Positions 1 through 8,900 of a stretch of DNA of 56,341 nt are shown here, in pieces. The notes under the pieces are model-generated. The model did no database searches. It saw nothing but the letters and a program-made list of their open reading frames with translations, and was not told the DNA's origin. Position 1 is the stretch's first letter. Every line of letters starts with the position of its first letter. The stretch is from a virus (taxonomy: Duplodnaviria; Caudoviricetes). The position numbers and the translations under genes are program-made. The stretch is taken from the IMG/VR virus record IMGVR_UViG_3300042453_004839, positions 1 through 56,341 of that record; one strand, given 5' to 3'.

Positions 1-268
1 CGGAAACGGTCCCAACATTGAGGGAGGCCGAGCTTTGATTGACCAGGTAGCTTACGCTTGCCCCGGCCCCGTTTATAGAATCGGCAAAAAGACCGTTATC
101 TTGGTAGACGTGAGATGCATCAAACAGAGTGGTTGGCTGCGAGATTTTGGTACGTCCAAATAAGTCCCCGCTAAGAGAATCGTCCAGCCTGCCGACTATT
201 TTCTGTAGCGAGCGTACTTCCGTGTCTGACCAAAGAGGTCTGTCGATCTCAGGAAAGTAATCGGGCAT
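1..268 (-). CDS. Hypothetical (probable virion) protein, 5' part; runs off the window start
   Basis: Not in ORF track. Manual translation from ATG 268: MPDYFPEIDRPLWSDTEVRSLQKIVGRLDDSLSGDLFGRTKISQPTTLFDASH..., open to position 1. Preceded by a promoter motif at 276-303. Confidence 0.7.
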   Translation of the reverse strand, partial: MPDYFPEIDRPLWSDTEVRSLQKIVGRLDDSLSGDLFGRTKISQPTTLFDASHVYQDNGLFADSINGAGASVSYLVNQSSASLNVGTVS

Positions 269-275
269 AAGCTCT

Positions 276-303
276 AGATTACAGAAGCGGGGGTCGAAGT
301 AAA
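276..303 (-). promoter_or_regulatory. sigma70-like promoter, leaderless spacing
   Basis: TTTACT-16nt-TAATCT-7nt-ATG(268). Confidence 0.55.
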
Positions 304-305
304 GC

Positions 306-620
306 CTAAACCCATTCGCTTAACTGGGTGATAACCCGATTAAGATTCTCTGGCGTAAGGCGATCCACATAAATTGTGGGGTTATCCGCCGGCTGGTTGT
401 CGATCTGAACCCCGTAGATATGATCTTCTGGGAAGGCAAAGTCATCCACATAATCCAGCAACCCACGATCCTTCATCCACTTATAATAAAAATCGGCTTC
501 TGTTCGTTCGCAGTAAGCCCCAATGCCTTCGAATCCTTGATACATTAAAACAGTAACGTCGCGCCATGTGGTCGGCCATGACGGCGGCACGGACAAAGAG
601 GCCCTCACCAGCAGGATCAT
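306..620 (-). CDS. Hypothetical protein
   Basis: 104-aa ORF fitting the minus-strand gene tiling. Preceded by TAGGCA-16-TAAAAT-9-ATG. Confidence 0.7.
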   Translation of the reverse strand: MILLVRASLSVPPSWPTTWRDVTVLMYQGFEGIGAYCERTEADFYYKWMKDRGLLDYVDDFAFPEDHIYGVQIDNQPADNPTIYVDRLTPENLNRVITQLSEWV

Positions 621-646
621 CCTGCTGGCATTTTAACAAGAGGGAA

Positions 647-787
647 TTACTTGCCTAGTCCCCGACCCTTGTTATACACCTTTCCCTTGATCATGTAACC
701 CTTTTGCTTGGTTACGGCAAGGGAAGGAGTATGAACCGTCGGCATCTTGGCGTTTTTTTGATTTAGGTTCAGGCTTTTGATTTTCAT
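647..787 (-). CDS. Small basic protein (46 aa, ends RGLGK)
   Basis: Manual translation MKIKSLNLNQKNAKMPTVHTPSLAVTKQKGYMIKGKVYNKGRGLGK. ATGA overlap with the upstream HNH gene stop. Confidence 0.65.
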   Translation of the reverse strand: MKIKSLNLNQKNAKMPTVHTPSLAVTKQKGYMIKGKVYNKGRGLGK

Positions 788-1014
788 TTTTTCCCCCTGT
801 TGTAGTTTATGGATGTTATTCTAAGATTCGACGAAGCATTGTTTCTTGGGTTACCGTCCCGGTGATCGACATCTTTTCCGTTGAGCTTTCCTTTGCCATG
901 CTTCCGCATCATCAAACGACGGGCGGCATTTCGCCTGGCACGGTTTCTTTTCTGCTCCGGCCGGCTGTGGTATTCGTCGTACTCGGCCTTATAGTTTCTT
1001 TTACCGAGGGGCAT
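784..1014 (-). CDS. Small HNH endonuclease-like protein
   Basis: DVDHRDGNPRNN..SNLR....YNR HNH/HNN motif; basic N-terminus beginning MPLGK. Confidence 0.8.
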   Translation of the reverse strand: MPLGKRNYKAEYDEYHSRPEQKRNRARRNAARRLMMRKHGKGKLNGKDVDHRDGNPRNNASSNLRITSINYNRGKK

Positions 1015-1015
1015 T

Positions 1016-1339
1016 TTATCTCCCCATGACTTTGTTGACGGTATCCTGAACGCGGGGTTTTCTGGCGGCAGCCCTTTCTTCCCGCATCCGGATCAAATCT
1101 TCCGGGGTCATGGGCTGTATGGGTTGCATCGGTGTAACGGTCTTTGCCGGGGTTTTTGCCGACTCCATTTTAGGCGCTTCCATTCCCTCTTCCGGGAAAT
1201 TTTTTTCTGCCATCTGAGCTGCCACTTCCTGCATCTGTTCGGCAGTTGGGTTCTCCGTACCAAAAGCTTTTTTCTTCAAAGCTTCGTCGGACATGTAATT
1301 GCGGGCGTACTCCGCAAGCATGGAAAGAATATCGGCCAT
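1016..1339 (-). CDS. Hypothetical protein
   Basis: 107-aa ORF tightly packed between its neighbours. Confidence 0.7.
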   Translation of the reverse strand: MADILSMLAEYARNYMSDEALKKKAFGTENPTAEQMQEVAAQMAEKNFPEEGMEAPKMESAKTPAKTVTPMQPIQPMTPEDLIRMREERAAARKPRVQDTVNKVMGR

Positions 1340-1342
1340 AAA

Positions 1343-1909
1343 TCAGGAACGAAGTTTGGCCTCGGCCCCCAGCTTTTTAAGCATCTCCTTGACGCGCATC
1401 CGTTCTTCCGGAGTGTATTTTCGCAGTTGTGAGACGGGTGCCTGCATCTCCTTAACTTCATTTTCTTTGGCAATCTTTTCAGCCCCGAGCTTGCGGAGTT
1501 CGGCAAGAGCCCCGCCCATGTCGGCAACAGTCAAAGCCGCACCCACAGGGCCGGCAACCTTACCAAGCCCGCGAAGAACTTTTCCGGGAACTCCAGCAAT
1601 CTTACCTTCCGGGGTATAAGATAAAAAGCTTTTGCCGTAGGGAGTTTCCATTGGGGCGGCTTTTGCGGCATTTTTTATTGTTTGTTCTGCGCCTTTAGAA
1701 AAGTCTTCTGAATATTTAGATGCATATTCAGATATTTTCTTCATTAAAGCATCAGTTTTTACTCCGTATTTATTTGCCAGCCTTGAGTAATCGGAAGGAA
1801 TGTCAATTCCTTTACTGTATTTTAAAGCTAAATCTTCAAGTTCTTTAAAGTAAACTTCATTTGGATTTAAAAAATTATTGGGGGTTCCAGGGGGAAGTTC
1901 TATTTGCAT
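1343..1909 (-). CDS. Hypothetical protein, possible internal virion protein
   Basis: 188 aa; Gly/Ala amphipathic segment GKVLRGLGKVAGPVGAALTV; tight packing. Confidence 0.7.
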   Translation of the reverse strand: MQIELPPGTPNNFLNPNEVYFKELEDLALKYSKGIDIPSDYSRLANKYGVKTDALMKKISEYASKYSEDFSKGAEQTIKNAAKAAPMETPYGKSFLSYTPEGKIAGVPGKVLRGLGKVAGPVGAALTVADMGGALAELRKLGAEKIAKENEVKEMQAPVSQLRKYTPEERMRVKEMLKKLGAEAKLRS

Positions 1910-1910
1910 A

Positions 1911-2066
1911 TTATTTACCTTTCGATTTGCCAGCTGCGCTCAACGCGATGGCGATGATCTGGGCCTTGGAACGCGGCTTGCCGCCGGCTCCACGGGCCTT
2001 GCCTTGCTTCTTGTTGTCAGCGTAAAGCTCGCTGATATTTTTGGAAACGTTTTTACCTAGGGGCAT
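1911..2066 (-). CDS. Small basic protein (51 aa)
   Basis: Manual translation MPLGKNVSKNISELYADNKKQGKARGAGGKPRSKAQIIAIALSAAGKSKGK; fills the gap and has its own promoter. Confidence 0.75.
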   Translation of the reverse strand: MPLGKNVSKNISELYADNKKQGKARGAGGKPRSKAQIIAIALSAAGKSKGK

Positions 2067-2072
2067 GGATCT

Positions 2073-2100
2073 ATGTTATAGGCAAGGATATTGGCGTCAA
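2073..2100 (-). promoter_or_regulatory. sigma70-like promoter, leaderless spacing
   Basis: TTGACG-16-TAACAT-6-ATG(2066); the upstream gene's TGA stop lies inside the -35 box. Confidence 0.65.
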
Positions 2101-2330
2101 GAGCCTTTTCCCAGTCCTCCTTTCTTTTTCCAGCTTATACGTTCCGGGCCTTTCTTCTTACGAGCCGAGGCTGAACACATAGACATTGTCGGACGGCACG
2201 CCGGATAGCTGCCTTTGCTGGAGTCCGAGCGGCCGCACGGTCCGCCTGTTTTGCAGTTAACCCAGCCTTTCCCTTTGTTACGCTTGAACCATCCATGGAG
2301 GCCATACTTTTTCTCCAGTTCGAAAGCCAT
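2097..2330 (-). CDS. Small basic Cys-containing protein
   Basis: 77 aa, GLHGWF..WVNCKTGGPCGR..YPACRP; ends GGLGKGS. Confidence 0.75.
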   Translation of the reverse strand: MAFELEKKYGLHGWFKRNKGKGWVNCKTGGPCGRSDSSKGSYPACRPTMSMCSASARKKKGPERISWKKKGGLGKGS

Positions 2331-2479
2331 TATTTTTTACCCTTCCCCCAGTTGTCCGCTCCGACTTTTCGGCATTTGACCAGCGCTCCGCTGGCGTAGG
2401 CGGAAGGCCACACCCGGTATCTGGCTTTCACCTTCCGAGTGCAGGCATCGTCTGCTTTTTTCTTTCCTATTCCGGCCAT
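2330..2479 (-). CDS. Small basic protein (49 aa)
   Basis: Manual translation MAGIGKKKADDACTRKVKARYRVWPSAYASGALVKCRKVGADNWGKGKK; TAATG overlap with the next gene. Confidence 0.75.
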   Translation of the reverse strand: MAGIGKKKADDACTRKVKARYRVWPSAYASGALVKCRKVGADNWGKGKK

Positions 2480-2480
2480 G

Positions 2481-2675
2481 TTATTTCTCCAGGATATCCT
2501 CGACCCCGTCCTCGTCCTTGTCCTTAAACGCGCTGGGATCGCGGGTGAAAATTTTCTTTGCCAGAAGATACCGCTCCTCGGCGGTCATCTCCACCCAACC
2601 TCCCCTGCGCTCGCGGGGACGCCAGAACACAAAGATAAGGACAACCCCGGCGAAGAAAAAGACGGGCCATAACAT
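2481..2675 (-). CDS. Small membrane-anchored protein
   Basis: N-terminal hydrophobic helix MLWPVFFFAGVVLIFVFW. Confidence 0.65.
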   Translation of the reverse strand: MLWPVFFFAGVVLIFVFWRPRERRGGWVEMTAEERYLLAKKIFTRDPSAFKDKDEDGVEDILEK

Positions 2676-2968
2676 CAGTACTTCCCTTTCCGGCTGGAGG
2701 GACTGGATTGGGTAGAGCCGCCTGGGCCAGCCCAGAGGTGCTTGCAGGCCCAGTAACGGGCGCTCAGCTTGCTCCCCGGATTGGCGCAGTTGTGGCGGGC
2801 CCGGAAGGATTTGCGCGCGGCGGTCGAATAGTTATGACCGTATCCTTTGGCCCCAAAGTGTACGAGTCGTTCTTTGCCGTTCTCGCAGGCTTTGACCATT
2901 TTCTTTTTGCCCGGGCGTGTGCTGGGCCTCGGGCGATTGCAAGGCATGCTGGCTTTTCCTAGTGGCAT
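2675..2968 (-). CDS. Small basic phage protein
   Basis: 97 aa, LVHFGAKGY..ARKSFRARHNC..KLSARYWAC, a pattern typical of small basic phage proteins; starts MPLGK. Confidence 0.75.
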   Translation of the reverse strand: MPLGKASMPCNRPRPSTRPGKKKMVKACENGKERLVHFGAKGYGHNYSTAARKSFRARHNCANPGSKLSARYWACKHLWAGPGGSTQSSPSSRKGKY

Positions 2969-2980
2969 AAATAAAACCTA

Positions 2981-5900
2981 TCAGGGCATCTGAACCTTCT
3001 CAAGCCCCTGCTTGGAAATACTCTCCAAAACAACCTTCTTGAGCACGGCACGCTTGATGTCGTTGACCTTTGTCTGGGCCAAAATGTAGTCGAACTCGGC
3101 GTTGTCCTTGGCGTTTTCCATGGCCGGAATGTAACGGGCCAGTTCCGCCTGGATCAACGGCCCGGCCTGCTCGACCCAGTCATACTTCTCTTCCCAGGTC
3201 AGATCACGGTTGAGGGCGAGCAGTTCGTAGGGTGACTTGTCGATCGGGATACCCTGCGAAGCCTGCACAGCAAGCTCGAGCATCGCCATTTCCCGGAGTT
3301 CCCCGGCGTTCCATGTGATGACCCGTCCGTGTTTGGCGAACATAGTAATGAGCTTATCGTGGATTGCTTGCTCGGTGGGTTCGTCGGAATTGTCGTAAGC
3401 ATCGGTGTCGACTCCTACGGAGAAGAAACGTTTGGCCACCGGGAGGTTATTAGCTAACTGGCTGGATACGCGACCGCCGAGGTGATCGAGATCCGGCTTG
3501 CCGAACTTGGCCACAACGGGGAAAGACGCGGCTAGGCTCGACATAAACCCGTCCTTGGGCAACCGGCTCCTAGGAGTACCTGTGAGGCCATCGTAAATTG
3601 ATTCCAAGTCACGAACAGTCGGGTAGTACGGGACGACAACGCCGGCCAGGATTCCGCTGAGGGCGGTTCCAAAACTTTGCAGGAGATCATCGGCCCCGGC
3701 GTTCGGGGGAGGTGAAATAAGGCGCATGATGTTCCGCATACCTTGGAGTGCGGTAAGGTCAACAAACCCGATGGCGGTGGCAAGACCGGCTGTAGCCATC
3801 GAGGTGGCCACGGCTTCTGCCGTGGACTTGTCGTCATATCGGAGAGCCTCCGCCATATAACCAGTAGGCAACAACACTCCGGTGAGTCCTGGAGGAAGAG
3901 CCTCAAAGCTGATGAACAAAGGACCGTCCCAAAGCTTTATACCACCCGGAGCGAAAGGTTCACCAATCTTACCAATTTGAAGACAACGTGTTTTCCCACC
4001 CATTTCAAAGTAGGCTTTTCTAGCCTGAGGATCGCGAGGCCCTTTGATGTGTATGAAGAAGAAAGGGTTTTCATCGTCATCATTTAATGCAGCCGCAACC
4101 AAAGAAGCAAGCAATGCCATAGCTGACCAACCAGTAATCATTCTTCCTTGAAGCAAATCATATTCTGGAGTTCCCGGAAGAGGTGGGGGGCGATAATATC
4201 TGGGCGCCTCAGAAGCCAGAATTCTACCAACTCCACGCATCATCCTCCAGTTGGAAATGATCGGAGTAAAAGTTAAAGCGGCGTTTGTAAGATTGGAAGA
4301 CGTCCGCAAGAACTTGAATACCAACTGTGGCATCCAACTGGTACGAGCAAGAGCGTCAATCGACCCGGCAATCGCTCCAACAACTCCGTAAAAGTCATCT
4401 TGATACGAAGCCCTAAGAGCCCTTGTTCTGGCGTTTTCCTCCATCTGTTTAGTAAGCTCGTTCTGCTCCCGGTTTTGCTCCAGAATCTCTTGCTGTCTTA
4501 GAAGCGTCTGGTCGGGGTCTAAGCCAAACGTGGCTGCGTCAATGGCGGCCAAACGACCAGCACGTTCGATGGAGTCTTTAGTATAATTACGTAGAATGTT
4601 TACTTCTTCAATAAACTGTTCCTCGGAAAGAAGAGGATTTCTTTTGGCGACAAGATAAGCAGCTTCAATAATTTCGGCGTTTGGTTTAACTCCCATTTTA
4701 GTGAGTGCATCCCCAGTAGCCATTAAACGTGAAGCAAGAATATACGGTCCGAGAAAAGAGTTAAACGGATAGGCCGGAAGGTCAGCAACTTTTCCGAGTT
4801 TTCCAAAGAATTTTCCAATAAACGGTATATCTTTAAGCGGTAACGGAGGGGCGATAAATTTTGTCGGGAAAAGTTTTGCCAACGATTTTAGGGTTTCTGA
4901 TTTCGGCTCCCAAGCGGCTTGCAGATTAATTTTGATCTCATTTTCGTTTATAGTGATAAATTCTTTTACCGGGTTCGCAACGAAGCTTGGAATCAAGGCC
5001 GACACGTAATCAGTCAAAGCTTCTGCCCAAGCAGGGACTTTTGGTTTGCGGACAATCAGGGTTGCGGGTTCTAATCCGCGTTTACCAGCCCGGCCTGCCT
5101 CGGCTTCACGGAGCATCGCCTCAAAAATGTTCATTCCCCCTGTCTCCTTGAGAACGGCTGAATCGGATGGGAATCTTCCAAACTTCCAGATCTGACTAGC
5201 ATACTTCCGTGCCATTCCTTTGCCTTCAATGTCCTTACCCCACCAGGCATCCTTGAGGGCTTGTCGCGCCATTCTTATCCCTAAAGCTTGGAGCTTTTGC
5301 TCGGGTCCTCCAAAACGTGTTTTTATGGAAGCACTGACCCCGGCAATCCACCCATCAACTACAACACCTTCCACTGCCGACACACAGTTGACCGCCAGGG
5401 TTCCAAGACCTTGCAGATAATTTGCCGTCTGATAAGACACGGCAAGTTCCCCGAGCGACACAGGGGCGATCAGTTTGATGTACTGATAAATTTCCTCAAC
5501 CTTTTCGTTGAGGATTCTGCCCTTCGGATAGCGGTCAAGGGCTTTAACCATCTCTTCAAGCTTCATCCGTTCTTCTATCCCAATCTCAGGCAGGCCGAGA
5601 GTTTGATGGATCTGGGAGTAAAGTTCGTCGTAGCGAAGTACCCCAAGGTTGACGTTTTCGCGCAGACGATCCAAAGCTGTCTTGTACTTCTTTGCCTTCT
5701 TCTCGCTCTTCTTGGCTATTTTCTCCCTCATCTTGTCGAGAGCTTCCTCGCGCTTGGTCTGGATCATTTCGGCCAAACCTTCGCTTAGGTATTTTTTGAC
5801 CTCGTCCTGTTCCCTTGGGCTCAGGTTGGTTCCGTCCAACAAGGCGGCTTTGAGGTCGGCTTCGAACTGGGCAACATTTCCCTGCGACTCACGGATCAGG

Positions 5901-8900
5901 CGATTGATGTTGACTTTGGGACCACCGATTGTTTCCAGGCTGCGGATAACCCGGCTGAGGTTGGAAATCGTGAACGGACGACCCAGGGCTTCCTCGATCA
6001 GAGGCTCCAGACCTTCCACCTGCTCGGGCGTGTATTTCTCATCCAGGGTGGCGCGGACGTCGTTGACAAACTCAAGAACCTCGGGGTACTGCGCGATCAA
6101 TTCCTTGAGCGACTGGGCCGCAGACGGCTTAACCACGTCCTCGATGGGGGCTTCCAATCCGCCTTTTTCCTTGGTCCGTCCGATCATCATCCGGCGTAAC
6201 TTGGAGGCGAATTCTTTCAAGGCATCGCGTTGCTGGGGATTACGAACCCGATCGGCGTATTTGACCAGGGCCTTGGCGGTCGCCGTGGTCAGGGACATCA
6301 GGGTTCCCGGCTCATCGCTTACCTCGACGGGCGATTCGGAATCCAATTCCTTCTCGATCTGCTTGGAACGCCGTTTAGCTTCTCCACGGGTCCTGGGCAA
6401 CTGAACGGCCTCCGGGGTCGGCTTGCGGCGAGTGACCTTGCCGGTTTGTAGGCCGCTAAGCTCGGCCTCTTTTTCCTCGGCGGTTTGGCGAAGCTCCTCA
6501 AGCTTGGCTTTCTGCTCGTCACGGAAGGCGGTCGCGGCCACCGAATAGGCGGCTTCGAAATGATGATTGAACACGCGGAGGACTTCTTCCTTGTTCTTGG
6601 CCTGACTAAAGAAGGGGCTGAGCAACACAACCGTGCGGAGTTTTTCTTTCTGGACGATCTCGGGGTTCTTGGCAAAGCCAAGACGGATCACCTTGAGAAG
6701 AACGTTGCTGAGCTTGTTGATCGTCGAATCATCGAAGCCAAGACCATCGCCCTCACCCTCGCCGGATGTCGGAAGCGACGCCAGGTTGGTGATGTCGCCA
6801 AAGATGTCATTTAACTCGTTGGCCGATTCCGAGTTGATGTAGTTTGCAATTTCGGAATCAAGATCGGCGATCCTGAGCTTCTCGGCTTCCGTCTGCCGGC
6901 GGATCGCCTCGATCTGGCCGAGCACATCGTTGGTCTCCTTGGCGGAGGCAAAGGCGTTGGCGGCAACCTGATCGGCTTCCTGGATCTCGTCGAAGGTTTC
7001 CTGGATGTCAGGAATGAAAGGCTTCATTCGGATCTTGGTCGCCGCTTCCAGCTGACCCTCCAGAAGTTTCAAAAACACCTGAGGGCTTTGGGCGGCAACA
7101 TCCGGCCCCACCCTCCAAAGCTGGACGGCGCGGCCCGGATCAGTTCCGTAAGTCCTGGAAAGTTTTTGGACAATTTCGTCCAAGGTTGCCTGGGCGTCGA
7201 CATCTCCGTCAGCCGCAAGGCGTGTGAAATACGGAACCAGGCTAAACCCGACGGAGGCCCGGCCAGGAAGATCCAGGGGAATGGAGTCGGCAAAGAACTC
7301 ACTGGTGGCTTTAACAATACCCACTTTGCTGATGTAGTTACGGCCTGTCTCCAACTGTTCTTCAACCGGAACCTGGCGATAGACCAGGCTTTCCAGCATC
7401 CGCTCGCGGATTGCCGCGTTGGGGATGTAGGACATCAAAGACGCGATAAGGTTGACTCCTCCAGCACGTGTGCGGAATTTCTCTTCTTTCTCGGGGGTAT
7501 CAGTGTCCGGGAAACTTGCGTAATCAGCGCGGCGTTTGGCAAACTTCTCAAACGTCGGGTCTTCAGCCTCGAGAACTGAGATGAGCTTTTTGGCGTCGGC
7601 TTCGGAGCCTTTGCGGTAAAGCTGGCCTTTGTACCGGATATTCCTCTTGGTAATGGTGCGGAACACAAACATCGAGGTCGCGTGCTTGGGGGAAGCTCCG
7701 GTTGTGTTTCCAGGGTTGATCTCACCAACAGTCACGGTGTAGACGCCCCGCATGCTGGCGGGAGCCGTGGGGTCGGGATCGCGGGGATCTGCATCCTCGG
7801 GGAGCGGGGTGGTAACGGAAACCATCGCTGCCTCGGGGATGACGTCGTCTCCGCGGGTAGCCACCAATGCTTCGGCAATCTCCATGACTTTTCTTTTGAA
7901 CTCGTCGACGTACATGGACTGATTGCTCTCGCCGAGCACATCGGAAGCCGCCTGGTTGAGAAGCGTGGACTCAAACTGGGAAATCTTTTTGGTCACCTCA
8001 TTTGTGACAATGCCGAGATTGAGTTCGCCCGCGTCGATAACCGGGCCGTACATATCCATCCGCACAGGTCGTCCGAGAAACTCGTTGGTCTTGCCAGAAA
8101 GAACATTGTCCAGCTGGCGCACAACCTTGAGGTCGTTGCGGTCGAGAATGTTGCTGGGGCGGTTTAAATTAATCGGTTTTCCGTCATCTGGGAAAGAAGC
8201 CCGGGCGCTCACGCCCTGGTACTTTATAATCTGGTCCAAAAGCGTCTGCTTGTTGGCGAGTTCCGCTTTCTTTGTGTCCTTTTCATCGATGGTGGCCCCG
8301 GCTTCACCGAGCATCTTCTCAACCTTGCGGAAATCCATTTCCCCGATCTCCATCTGAAGCTCGATGCTCGACATCTTGAGATACGGCAAAAAGCTCTGCG
8401 GGATACTAGGCTTGGCCTTTTTCTTCGGCACCTCGATCTTTTTGCTCTCACGGGCCCTGGCTTCTTCCAACTGTTTGATCAGATCCCGTTGCTGGCGCAT
8501 CAAAGATTTTCTATCGGTATCTTCATCGGGGGAAAGATCATCTCTCTGCAAAGGCGCAAGTTGTTCGCGGATGTTTTCGATCTGTAACTCGATCTCGTTG
8601 GACGGAGAGTCCTTGTCTACCTTGATCTTAGGGGCGCGAAACTGTGCGACGATCAGGTCTTCCACCTTGATACGGTCAAACCGTTTGACCACCTCCTCCG
8701 CGTCCTTCATGTAGGAAGCGGGTAGGACCGCACTCTTGGGCCACATCTGGAACACCGAGACGGCCTGATCCATCCATTTCGACAGAGTCTTTTTGGGTTC
8801 AATATCCAGAAGCCTGAGTAATGTGCTCAATTTTTCATCGAGAATTTGTTTTTGTGCCGGAGTCAAATTGAGCGCCTGTTCGGTAATCGATCCTTTGTAC

